From: Anaerolineales bacterium
GTDB lineage: Bacteria > Chloroflexota > Anaerolineae > Anaerolineales > UBA11657
Direction: 5' to 3'
Assembly: GCA_022450585.1 (NCBI GenBank)
Contig: JAKUPR010000004.1
Span: forward strand, 29,257 to 93,256
Length of the DNA stretch: 64,000 bases
Positions within the stretch are counted from its first letter, which is position 1. Each line of letters opens with the position of its first letter. The notes below the pieces were generated by a model that did no database searches, was not told the origin of the DNA, and was given only the letters and a program-made list of their open reading frames with translations. Of the stretch, positions 1 through 9,044 are shown piece by piece. Made by a program: the position numbers and the translations under genes.

Positions 1-2426
1 TTTATATATCCAAGCGCGCGCCAGAAAACAGTTAACTCCAAATTATCTGCCTTTCGCTCCAAGTCATAACCCAAGACTTCTATCTCATCACCAATAACGG
101 CCCGCACCACATGCTTAAGCGACGGCTCTGCAAAATTACGGAGGCGGTCGGTTACTTCCACAACTCCAGAAAAGGATTCATCGAAAAGAACACTTTTCTG
201 GTCAACTGTCTGGACCTCAATACGATAATCTCCCGGAGCAATATCACTGGGCACCCGCAACTCATATTTTTCAGCGACAAATACTCCCTGCGCCCAGGCA
301 GAAGGGTAAGGTTCAGAGATTACTGCAGTGATGGAGGAGAAAACTTCTAGATTATCCTCGTCAAACAGCTGCCAACGCAGCTGCAATTTGTCCTCTATTT
401 CCTGACGTGAGCGCCAAATCACACTTGCGTTTATTGGAGACCCCGTCTGTATTGGGCTGCTCACCTCAAAGCTGTTAAGTTCCAGACCATTGCTCCACAC
501 AGCCACCGGTAAAGTCTCTGCACGAATCTGGATTTCTCCCGCAGTGCCAGCCGGATTACCAGTATTGTCTAGTAGTTCTGCTTGGTCATCGGAAGTGTAC
601 ATGCCAAATCGAAGAAAAAGGGAACCTGTTTCAGGCAAATCATCCGCCAAATCAAGCTCAAACTGGCTAGCATATAAACTCCCATGGCGCCACTGATGAG
701 TATCAAAGCCTCGCCGGTCACCCTGCCCGTACTTATTACCATCTGGACCAACAAGATGTGTGAAAACATTGAATGCTTGCGGAGCTTCACCACCAGCTTC
801 CCATATCATGAAAATGCTCCAGCGCTGCCCTGCGAGAGGCCATATCTCTGGATCCGCAAGGAAAAATCCGCGAACAATGACGTCATTGGAGAATCGCAGC
901 GGAGACAAGGCAACCAAATCGGGACTGAAATGTTCGGCTGCTGGTAAATCCGCTAGACGGGATCTGCCGGACATCATCTCTCCACCAGCAAACCAAAAGT
1001 CCCTGTTTTCGTTACTAGCATCACCCACCAACAATGCACCCTTATCCGGCAGTGGCACAGCACTGTCAGATTGCACCAAGTCAGCCTGCAATCCATGTCG
1101 CAAGAAAGCATATTCGCGCAGCAAAGCCCAAGTTAGCCCGTTGTGTCCAGGCGAAAGCAGTACCATCAGTTCCCGACCATCTTCCTTTACCCGATTGACA
1201 GCAATATCCATTGCAGTAACTAAATCACGAGACGTCACCGGAGGAGGTGGGCGATCTGCAAAGAAATAATCCCAAACTTGGTTGGTACCCAGAGCTAACG
1301 TCAACAAAACAACCGGCCACTTAAGAGTTCGAGCTTTCAAACTATCCAAATATGATCTCGGAGACAATACCGACGGGGAAGCCACGACCGCTGCTATGAC
1401 TGCACCCTGAATTAAGAATGCATTCGGAAGGCTGGGCCACCAATAATCCACGACCCAATGAGCCTGAATAATCCACGTCACCGCAGGTACTATTATTAAG
1501 CCAAGAACTATTATTAACCCGGGAAAACCATTTCGATACCGAAGGGCCCTAAACAAAAACCATAAAGTACCGGCCACAACAATAGCCGCCTGTACCGGTT
1601 GCAACCAGTTCCTCGGCACCCTCTCTAAGTTATAAGACAGACTGAATATATATCCGAGGCCGCCAAATCCCACACTGTCTTGCAATTCACCAGTAGATGG
1701 CATATTTTGAACCATCCCCAGCACATCAAAATTCTGCGAAAACTGATATAGACCGATGCCCCATGGCACCAGAGTCACAACCGCTATAAAAGCACCCACT
1801 AAAGTCTGAGAAAGGACGACACGCCGATTCTTCGGACTGTTAATCCAACAATAAACAATGAGAGCCACAGAAATTGGGGCCAATGCAAAAGAATGTGGGT
1901 GACACTGACCTGCCAAGCTGAGCAGCGACAAATGTGTCAACCGCGCCCAGCCCTTGTTATCAAAATAACCGAGCAGCCCGGTGAAAACATACAGCATTAC
2001 CAACGGTGCTCCCAACTGAGCGTTGTTGATTACCCGACTAGCAAACACCATATGGGGATGCACAGCAAATAAAACGGAGCCGATAATTGCAGCCCAACGC
2101 CCGAAATAGCGATGGGAGATAAAATAGAGTATACCCACCGCAACAACATTTAGGATCCCAGTGAAAGCCTGTGCTCCCCTTGGATCAGGACTAAAAAGAT
2201 ACGGAATCGCATAAAGATAGACCGAGAGCGGGGAATGTACCAGCCCTAAAGAGGAAGGTGGCCCAAGCAAGTGCGTCTCTCCGTAACGTGCCACTTGGAT
2301 AGCTTTAATACTTATGTAGGCATCATCACCTCCAAAGAACTCAGTATCGGCTTCGTAAAGGCGTAGGAAGGCAGCGAGAAACAGGATTGGTATAAGGATG
2401 ATGTGCTGTTTCACAAATTTAGTCAT
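1..2426 (-). CDS. GT-C fold membrane glycosyltransferase (GT39/ArnT/PMT-like) with repeated soluble C-terminal modules; the C-terminus runs off the window
   Basis: Absent from the ORF track because it has no stop inside the window. My own translation of the minus strand from ATG 2426-2424 (MTKFVKQHIILIPILFLAAFLRLYEADTEFFGGDD...) stays open down to base 3 (...IGDEIEVLGYDLERKADNLELTVFWRALGYI). About 470 aa of multi-span hydrophobic sequence is followed by a soluble region. No competing ORF of 60 aa or more exists in any frame between 1270 and 2397. Confidence 0.8.
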   Translation of the reverse strand, partial: MTKFVKQHIILIPILFLAAFLRLYEADTEFFGGDDAYISIKAIQVARYGETHLLGPPSSLGLVHSPLSVYLYAIPYLFSPDPRGAQAFTGILNVVAVGILYFISHRYFGRWAAIIGSVLFAVHPHMVFASRVINNAQLGAPLVMLYVFTGLLGYFDNKGWARLTHLSLLSLAGQCHPHSFALAPISVALIVYCWINSPKNRRVVLSQTLVGAFIAVVTLVPWGIGLYQFSQNFDVLGMVQNMPSTGELQDSVGFGGLGYIFSLSYNLERVPRNWLQPVQAAIVVAGTLWFLFRALRYRNGFPGLIIVLGLIIVPAVTWIIQAHWVVDYWWPSLPNAFLIQGAVIAAVVASPSVLSPRSYLDSLKARTLKWPVVLLTLALGTNQVWDYFFADRPPPPVTSRDLVTAMDIAVNRVKEDGRELMVLLSPGHNGLTWALLREYAFLRHGLQADLVQSDSAVPLPDKGALLVGDASNENRDFWFAGGEMMSGRSRLADLPAAEHFSPDLVALSPLRFSNDVIVRGFFLADPEIWPLAGQRWSIFMIWEAGGEAPQAFNVFTHLVGPDGNKYGQGDRRGFDTHQWRHGSLYASQFELDLADDLPETGSLFLRFGMYTSDDQAELLDNTGNPAGTAGEIQIRAETLPVAVWSNGLELNSFEVSSPIQTGSPINASVIWRSRQEIEDKLQLRWQLFDEDNLEVFSSITAVISEPYPSAWAQGVFVAEKYELRVPSDIAPGDYRIEVQTVDQKSVLFDESFSGVVEVTDRLRNFAEPSLKHVVRAVIGDEIEVLGYDLERKADNLELTVFWRALGYI

Positions 2427-2492
2427 TCTCCGATCTGATCGACTCCAACTTATAGGCTCATCTTATCCAACAGCACTCATACAATATGCGTG

Positions 2493-3563
2493 TTACATGG
2501 CCTCCCTAAGTTTCTCAACTAATCGCAGTACAAACTGCTGCAACCCATGCTCCCTTTCCACAGCTCGCCGCAAATCACTGCCAAGTTGCTCCCGTTCATC
2601 CTGAGAAATATTAAGGGCATTATGCAACTGCTGCGACAGCAATAACGGGTCCTCACCACGCGTAATCTGCACACCTCTGGTAGTCTCAGACAATCTTGAA
2701 AAAGAGCGGTTCCGGACTAGAGTGGGAATTCCACACGCCATACCCTCCAGAACGGATTTGTCCATTCCTCCTGTCGGGCAAAGATTAACGTGTATACTCG
2801 CACGTCGATATTCACGCACGACCCGCGAGTATGGAATGGGACCCACCAACTCCACAATTCTCTGCAGTCCGGCACGCTCAATACGGGCTTGCAGTTGGTC
2901 AGTATAGTCCAGAGGCGCATTTCCCTCATCACCACCAACAATTCGTATCCGAAAAGCAGGAGACCCAATGCTTTCATACATTCTCGCCGCAGCATCAATC
3001 AATAACTCATAATTCTTTATCGGAGCTCGCCGTCCCACAGCCAATACTACAGGGGGGGACACTCGCGCTGACGAATCCGGTTTGAATAAATCCGTATCAA
3101 TACCATGTCCAATCACGCACAGTTTTGAGGAACTCAAACGGAAACTTTCGGGTGAGGCCGAGACTACATTGTCCACCATCGCAGTAGCAAGGCGTAGATA
3201 CATACCTACATGCCGGTGAGTGTACCAGAAAACAATAGGCCATCCGCACAATTTTGCCAATGGTGCAATCGCAAGAACATACTGTGGACTGAATTGGCAA
3301 AAGACCACATTAACACTTTTCCGTAGCCCCCACACTGTATGAAAAAAACGGACCCATCTTGAGAAACGAAATCCTCCCAAATCCTTACCTAATGAATGCA
3401 CACGTACATTTTCAGGTAAATTGGTTTCGCTAGATGCGACGCAAACCACATCTATACTCTCCAAATGGGAAGCAAGTTCGCCAACCCAGCCAACGACGTG
3501 CCCAACAAGGGAGTCTTGGGCGTCAACCTTGTAGGTAATGTACAGTAACCGCATTTTCATCAT
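2493..3563 (-). CDS. Glycosyltransferase, GT4 family (GT-B fold)
   Basis: 356-aa ORF. The C-terminal GT4-type donor-binding region is VNLCPTGGMDKSVLEGMACGIPTLV. It is co-directional with two further GT4 genes. Confidence 0.85.
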   Translation of the reverse strand: MMKMRLLYITYKVDAQDSLVGHVVGWVGELASHLESIDVVCVASSETNLPENVRVHSLGKDLGGFRFSRWVRFFHTVWGLRKSVNVVFCQFSPQYVLAIAPLAKLCGWPIVFWYTHRHVGMYLRLATAMVDNVVSASPESFRLSSSKLCVIGHGIDTDLFKPDSSARVSPPVVLAVGRRAPIKNYELLIDAAARMYESIGSPAFRIRIVGGDEGNAPLDYTDQLQARIERAGLQRIVELVGPIPYSRVVREYRRASIHVNLCPTGGMDKSVLEGMACGIPTLVRNRSFSRLSETTRGVQITRGEDPLLLSQQLHNALNISQDEREQLGSDLRRAVEREHGLQQFVLRLVEKLREAM

Positions 3564-3614
3564 AGGAGGCGTAAGGCATATGTTGCCATGTATTATCAGT
3601 CGAAGGGTTAACTT

Positions 3615-4730
3615 TTAGCTTTGCACCAGATTTTGATAACCCAACGCATACTCGCGCAGCACGCGCGATTTCTCAAACCGCTGTACCGAACGGGGAGCAG
3701 CAAGTGCCATGCGTGCACGCAAATCCGGGTCTACGATAAGTTGCTCAATTCGCGCCGCGATATCATCCACCGACCAATCCACAAGAAATCCGTTCACGCC
3801 ATCGTGCACTAACTCCCGCGCTAGTCCAACCTTCGTACTGACAACCGGAACTCCACAGCCAAGCGCCTCGGCCACAACTCGTGGTCCACCCTCGCTGAAG
3901 GAGGTACAGATCAGGCAACGGGAACGACGATACAAATCCGCCAACTCAACAGGTTCACTAACCCAATCACGGAACTCGACGGTAGAAGACAACCCTAATG
4001 CAGCAGCGCGCGCGCGAATTCGAGTCTTTAAAGGACCAGAACCAATCATTAAAGAGCGAACTCCGTCACGTCTGCGTGCAAGGTCAGCAATCCCATTCAA
4101 AAACAAGAAAGGCGCTTTGTTAGATGTCAAACGACCAACAAAGATCGCGTCATATTCCATGCGGGTATCTTCAGGATGAAAGACGTCAAAATCCAGATAC
4201 AGGCTATAGAGTAGCAAAAGCTGTGCAGCGGGCACGCCCCAACTACGAAGCAGCGGCTCCAGTTCCCCTTGATTAGTAATGCGAAACCCGAGTGAGCTAG
4301 AGATAGAACTGCGCACAAACCAGCGAGTGACTGAGGGCTGCAGACGCTCCCGGAGATTAGCACCACGTGGATAGCCGTCCACATGGTGGATTTCATTCAC
4401 GTGAGGAACACCGCTAGACTGCGAGAGCCAGCGCGCGCCAATACCGTGCAAGAAGAAACCGTAATCATGGGAAACAATCAAATCGTAGTGCCGTTTTTCC
4501 GCAAGCGCATGTCCCTTCTTCCAAATGAAGACAGGTTGCATAACCTTACGCCAGGGCGAAGGATGAAAAATGACGTTGTCAAAACAGTCGTGGCGATTAA
4601 CACCCGCAACCCTATATGTGAGAACATCTATTCTGTTCCAATAGTTTGAGAACTCGCTTAGAGTATTGTGAAAAGCCCTACGATTCCCACGCACGACCGA
4701 CGTGTCCCCGCTAAGCATGAGCAAGTTCAA
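3615..4730 (-). CDS. Glycosyltransferase, GT4 family
   Basis: GT4 signature LICTSFSEGGPRVVAEALGCGVPVVST. I moved the start from the track ATG at 4781 to the TTG at 4730-4728 (MNLLMLSGD...). A GAGG lies 6 nt upstream and the TTG overlaps the TGA stop of the upstream GT4 gene as TTGA. An ATG at 4718 is an alternative start. Confidence 0.85.
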   Translation of the reverse strand: MNLLMLSGDTSVVRGNRRAFHNTLSEFSNYWNRIDVLTYRVAGVNRHDCFDNVIFHPSPWRKVMQPVFIWKKGHALAEKRHYDLIVSHDYGFFLHGIGARWLSQSSGVPHVNEIHHVDGYPRGANLRERLQPSVTRWFVRSSISSSLGFRITNQGELEPLLRSWGVPAAQLLLLYSLYLDFDVFHPEDTRMEYDAIFVGRLTSNKAPFLFLNGIADLARRRDGVRSLMIGSGPLKTRIRARAAALGLSSTVEFRDWVSEPVELADLYRRSRCLICTSFSEGGPRVVAEALGCGVPVVSTKVGLARELVHDGVNGFLVDWSVDDIAARIEQLIVDPDLRARMALAAPRSVQRFEKSRVLREYALGYQNLVQS

Positions 4731-5893
4731 GACACTACCTCTAACAGTACCGCCTCCGTATCCGCAACCATACGCTCCCAAGAAAAACGCTCTAACTTTT
4801 CATGCGCACGTTCAGCAAGGGAACTCCCAAATTCTGGCTCTTTCAACACCCGGCATATGGCCGCAACCAACTGCTCTTCATCAGCAGATGGAACAAGTAC
4901 CCCAGTTCTACCATCTATAACGGCCTCCAATGTTCCTCCTACAGCCGAGGCAATAACTGGGATGCGACAAGCCATCGCTTCCAGAAGCGTGTGCGGAAAA
5001 CCCTCATAGGTCGAAAAAAGAACAAACACGTCAGCTGCACACATCAAACGATGTACATGCTGCTGGGATTGAAAACCCAAGAAATCCACTGAATCGCTGC
5101 TAGGTGATGCAAGCGCCTCCAAATTCGTACGTTCTGGTCCATCACCAACAATAAGTAGATGGGCATCCGGAAAAATGCGCTGCACCCGGGGCAGTACCCG
5201 GACAATGGTACCGATACCTTTCCACGGCACCAAACGTGCGACGGTAAGTAAAACTGGCGCTGAGGCAGGCAGCCCCACTTCTCTCCGTGCAGTGACTCTA
5301 TCGGGTACGGATGCAAATTGACGCTCATCCAAAGCATTGTAAATCACCCGTATGCAATCAGGTGGAACACCCCAACCAGTCACCAAAGTTCTAACATAGC
5401 GACTTGGAACTAACACAACATTCGCCGCCCGCACATACCAGATAATCAGCCTTTGCAATAGACGTACACGCCAATCGTGATGCAGCAATTGAAACTCATC
5501 TATGCTTAGGTCGGAGGAAACCAAACCATGCCGTGTGCTAAATTCCCATGCAAAATCACCGACGTTTTTCAGTACCATTGGTTTGCGTAAAATCACGTTC
5601 GCCAACGCAGCCGGCATACCATAATCGCTCACAAAGAGCAAATCAACTGTCCGCGCTAGTCGCAAAACACGCCAAGTAAACAGTAGAATCCGTAACAGAA
5701 CCGGCCATCGTCGAGACACTCGATATACCGGATAAGAGAAGGTGCTGTCGAGTCCACTGCGATTGGAATCAGTATGAGTAATTACCGTGACATGATGGCC
5801 ACGAGCAACAAGTGCTGGAATCAATCGGTGCAAATAAATGGAGGGCCCGCCGACCTCAGGATGAAAAGAGCCGGCCACCACGCAAAGACGCAT
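4727..5893 (-). CDS. Glycosyltransferase, GT4 family
   Basis: 388 aa. The N-terminus MRLCVVAGSFHPEVGGP and the C-terminal VLFSTYEGFPHTLLEAMACRIPVIAS motif are typical of GT4. Confidence 0.9.
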   Translation of the reverse strand: MRLCVVAGSFHPEVGGPSIYLHRLIPALVARGHHVTVITHTDSNRSGLDSTFSYPVYRVSRRWPVLLRILLFTWRVLRLARTVDLLFVSDYGMPAALANVILRKPMVLKNVGDFAWEFSTRHGLVSSDLSIDEFQLLHHDWRVRLLQRLIIWYVRAANVVLVPSRYVRTLVTGWGVPPDCIRVIYNALDERQFASVPDRVTARREVGLPASAPVLLTVARLVPWKGIGTIVRVLPRVQRIFPDAHLLIVGDGPERTNLEALASPSSDSVDFLGFQSQQHVHRLMCAADVFVLFSTYEGFPHTLLEAMACRIPVIASAVGGTLEAVIDGRTGVLVPSADEEQLVAAICRVLKEPEFGSSLAERAHEKLERFSWERMVADTEAVLLEVVS

Positions 5894-5906
5894 CTCTTAT
5901 TCAGCG

Positions 5907-7217
5907 CTATAACTTCACTACTCTCGAGTTGCCCAACAAGTCACCGGTAGCGTTACGGGTATCCACCACCAGTTGGGAATGATTGATAATCTCCACCCAA
6001 TCATAAGAACTATGGTCAGTCACAATCAACACACAGTCTGCCGATGACAACACGGAGATCTCATAATCGACTCCGCACATCTCAATGTCATCGAACTCCA
6101 AGAAAGAAACATACGGATCATGATAAGACACCACCGCACCTTGCTTCTGCAGCAATTGAATAATATCCAAGGCCGGAGATTCTCGTATGTCACCTACATC
6201 GGGTTTATATGCAACCCCCAATATCAACACCTGAGATCCGCGCAGTGGTTTACTATCATCATTAAGAGCTGCGGCAACCTTACTGACAACGTAGCGTGGC
6301 ATATTGGTATTAATCTCATCCGCAATCTCGATGAAACGCGCATTAAAATTAAGAGATTTTAGTTTCCAGGAAAGGTAAAGTGGGTCAACGGGAATACAAT
6401 GCCCACCCAAACCTGGGCCAGGATAAAACGGCATGTAACCAAAGGGCTTAGTCTTCGCTGCAGCAATGACCTCCCACACATCAACTCCAAGCTTGTCACA
6501 CATGATTGTAATCTCATTAATAAGACCGATGTTTACCGCCCGGAATGTATTTTCCAACAATTTAACCATCTCAGCCGACTGAGTGGAAGATACCGGCACC
6601 ACCTGTTCAACAATAGTAGAATAAAGAGCTATGGCGACTTCAGTACAATTCGGAGTCACTCCCCCAATTACTTTCGGGGTGTTACGTACTCCGAAAGTAG
6701 GGTTTGCGGGATCGATGCGCTCAGGCGAAAAAGCAACGAATATGTCATCTCCAGCACTGAAACCATTACTCAACATACGTGGCAGCACAACCTCGGTAGT
6801 AGCACCGGGGTAAGTAGTGCTCTCCAAAACCATCAACATACCCGGCCGCAAGTGCACGCTGATTTTCTCTGCCGCGCTAACGACATAGGACATGTCAGGG
6901 TCTCTAGTTTTGCGCAACGGGGTGGGTACACAGATACTGATTGTATCTACTTCTGATAGCGCCTCATACTCTTGGCTAGCCGCAAATTTTCCACTGGAGA
7001 CCAATCCGCCAATGATATTAGTGGGTACATCCGCAATATAACTGTCGCCGCTAGTTATCGCTGCCACTTTATTGGCATCCGTATCGATACCCATGACTGT
7101 GAAACCCGCATTTGCAAACTCGACAGCCAACGGTAGACCAACATAACCGAGACCTATCACACCCACGCGTGCACTACGGCCACGTATCTTATCCACCAAA
7201 GTTGCTTTTTCAGTCAC
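5907..7217 (-). CDS. Nucleotide-sugar 6-dehydrogenase (UDP-GlcNAc/ManNAc dehydrogenase-like, UDP-glucose/GDP-mannose dehydrogenase superfamily)
   Basis: 436 aa. Rossmann motif VGVIGLGYVGLPLA, catalytic-Cys region PGLGGHCIPVDP and C-terminal VAYKPDVGDIRESPA. The exact substrate cannot be assigned from sequence alone. Confidence 0.9.
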   Translation of the reverse strand: MTEKATLVDKIRGRSARVGVIGLGYVGLPLAVEFANAGFTVMGIDTDANKVAAITSGDSYIADVPTNIIGGLVSSGKFAASQEYEALSEVDTISICVPTPLRKTRDPDMSYVVSAAEKISVHLRPGMLMVLESTTYPGATTEVVLPRMLSNGFSAGDDIFVAFSPERIDPANPTFGVRNTPKVIGGVTPNCTEVAIALYSTIVEQVVPVSSTQSAEMVKLLENTFRAVNIGLINEITIMCDKLGVDVWEVIAAAKTKPFGYMPFYPGPGLGGHCIPVDPLYLSWKLKSLNFNARFIEIADEINTNMPRYVVSKVAAALNDDSKPLRGSQVLILGVAYKPDVGDIRESPALDIIQLLQKQGAVVSYHDPYVSFLEFDDIEMCGVDYEISVLSSADCVLIVTDHSSYDWVEIINHSQLVVDTRNATGDLLGNSRVVKL

Positions 7218-7239
7218 CTACCCACATCCTTGCAGGAAC

Positions 7240-8256
7240 TTAACCCACTACTACCCTGTCACTCACCGGCCGCTCTGATATCGAGTCGCTCGGGCCTTCC
7301 TGTTTAAGATCCATAATGATATCTTCAATTGATTCCTCGAGCGGGATGTGAGGCTCCCATCCTAGAAGTTCATTAATTCTACCTATATCAGGAACGCGAC
7401 GACGCATATCCTCGAAACCCTCCTGAGTTGCTTGCTCGTAAGGCACTAAGATAATAGAAGATTGGCTTTTGGTCATCTCTTTCACTTTCCGCGCCAAATC
7501 GAGAATAGTAATCTCGGCCTGTTTACCAACATTAAAGACGCGACCCTCAGCCCGAGCTTCAACAGCCAAATCCATTAATGCCGGTACCACATCTCGTACA
7601 TCACAAAAACAGCGGCTTTGCTGCCCGTCTCCATAAACCGTAATATCCGCACCTAAGAGAGCCTGCCGAACGAAGCGTGGTACCACCATGCCATACCGCC
7701 CACGTTGGCGCGGACCGATGGTATTGAATAAACGGAAAACAACTACCGGAAGACCCTTCTCCTTATGATAAGCCAAAGCCAAGAACTCATCCAGGGCTTT
7801 CGATGTTGCATACGCCCACCTGTGATGAGTAGTGGCACCAATTAGACTATCGTCACCCTCCTTAAAGGGAACATTATTAAGTTTCCCGTAAATCTCAGAA
7901 GTTGATGCAATGAGTGTCTTTTTACGATAGCGCCTAGCAGTGCGCAGCACAGTCTCCGTGCCCATCACATTTGTTTCTATGGTATGCACAGGTGAACGTA
8001 CAATTAACTCAACACCGACCGCCGCAGCCAGATGTACAATCAAATCGCACTCACTAACCAGTCGATCCATGACAGTAGTATTGGTGATGGTTTCAACCAC
8101 TAGCTGAAAGTCATCGTGAGAGGCCAGAGCAACTAGATTCTGCATACGACCAGTGGAGAGATCATCGATGGCAGTGACCTGGTGACCAGCACCGAGCAAT
8201 GCCTCTGCAAGGTGGCTACCGATGAATCCTGCACCGCCAGTAATGAGATATCGCAT
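7240..8256 (-). CDS. NAD-dependent epimerase/dehydratase (extended SDR)
   Basis: 338 aa. ITGGAGFIGSHL glycine-rich NAD motif and YATSK (YxxxK) catalytic motif. A GGAAGGAG ribosome-binding site lies upstream of the ATG. Confidence 0.9.
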   Translation of the reverse strand: MRYLITGGAGFIGSHLAEALLGAGHQVTAIDDLSTGRMQNLVALASHDDFQLVVETITNTTVMDRLVSECDLIVHLAAAVGVELIVRSPVHTIETNVMGTETVLRTARRYRKKTLIASTSEIYGKLNNVPFKEGDDSLIGATTHHRWAYATSKALDEFLALAYHKEKGLPVVVFRLFNTIGPRQRGRYGMVVPRFVRQALLGADITVYGDGQQSRCFCDVRDVVPALMDLAVEARAEGRVFNVGKQAEITILDLARKVKEMTKSQSSIILVPYEQATQEGFEDMRRRVPDIGRINELLGWEPHIPLEESIEDIIMDLKQEGPSDSISERPVSDRVVVG

Positions 8257-8286
8257 ATAAACTCACTCCTTCCGCGCACTCAAGCG

Positions 8287-8319
8287 AAAAAAAACGGGTC
8301 CCATCCATCCAGGTGACCC
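8287..8319 (-). terminator. Weak hairpin plus U8 tract between udg and the SDR gene (udg terminator or attenuator)
   Basis: On the minus strand, GGGUC/GACCC (8319-8315 pairing with 8300-8296) is followed by an eight-U run (8294-8287). The stem is only 5 bp with a 14-nt loop. Confidence 0.35.
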
Positions 8320-8415
8320 ATTCATTATTGAATAATGCTATTGCAGGGACATTGCTGTCTCAACTGGAGATTATAACTTCACGCCGGCAGCTTGTCTACC
8401 TAACACAATCAAAAC

Positions 8416-9036
8416 TTATAGCAGGCTCAACTGCTCAGGCGCCTGGTCTGCAGAAGTCTCAGCTCCGTCTTGAGATTGCAGCTGCGCTATGAATACTGGC
8501 AGCTGCTTGAAATCCTCATACAACATCGGACGATATTTTGGTTGATGTAGCGCGGCTGCAGGATGGAACATCGGTACTACTACCCGATCCCCAATACGCT
8601 TTGGCTGCCCGTGGATAGCACTTATGCGCACTCCTTCAAACCAGCGCGCCATCGAAAAACGTCCTAGTGTAACTATGACACGTGGGTCAATCAATTCTAT
8701 TTGACCATCCAGATAGGGACGACAAGCATCAATCTCCTCGGATTGCGGATCACGATTCCCAGGAGGCCGGCATTTTACGACATTGGTGATGTACACATCT
8801 TCACGTTTCAACTCAATACTAGCAAGAAGATCGTCTAGCAGTCTTCCAGAAGCACCAACGAAAGGTAGTCCCTGTTCATCCTCATGATGTCCCGGACCCT
8901 CGCCAATGAGCATAATATCCGCATCTGGTTTCCCGAAACCAGGAACCGAGTTTTTTCGCGTATCCGCAAGAGAGCATAACTGACACTTGCGAACTTTATT
9001 TTCAATCACAGCAAGAGTGTCAGACAAGGTACACAA
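8416..9036 (-). CDS. Uracil-DNA glycosylase, family 4
   Basis: 206 aa. Family-4 motifs GEGPGHHEDEQGLPFVG and MFHPAAAL, plus N-terminal Cys residues consistent with an Fe-S cluster. Confidence 0.9.
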   Translation of the reverse strand: MCTLSDTLAVIENKVRKCQLCSLADTRKNSVPGFGKPDADIMLIGEGPGHHEDEQGLPFVGASGRLLDDLLASIELKREDVYITNVVKCRPPGNRDPQSEEIDACRPYLDGQIELIDPRVIVTLGRFSMARWFEGVRISAIHGQPKRIGDRVVVPMFHPAAALHQPKYRPMLYEDFKQLPVFIAQLQSQDGAETSADQAPEQLSLL

Positions 9037-9044
9037 CCACCCCT

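Noticed and set aside
111-1269. Several 68-169-aa plus- and minus-strand ORFs at the window start
   Set aside because: All lie inside the long minus-strand GT-C ORF (1-2426), which the track omits because it lacks a stop in the window. None has recognisable features.
6399-6956. Long antisense ORFs inside well-supported genes. This one is 185 aa. Others are at 9164-9709, 12736-13272, 32225-32722, 40283-40714, 51537-52043 and 52618-53190.
   Set aside because: In each case the opposite strand carries a protein with clear family motifs. None has a ribosome-binding site and their compositions are skewed.
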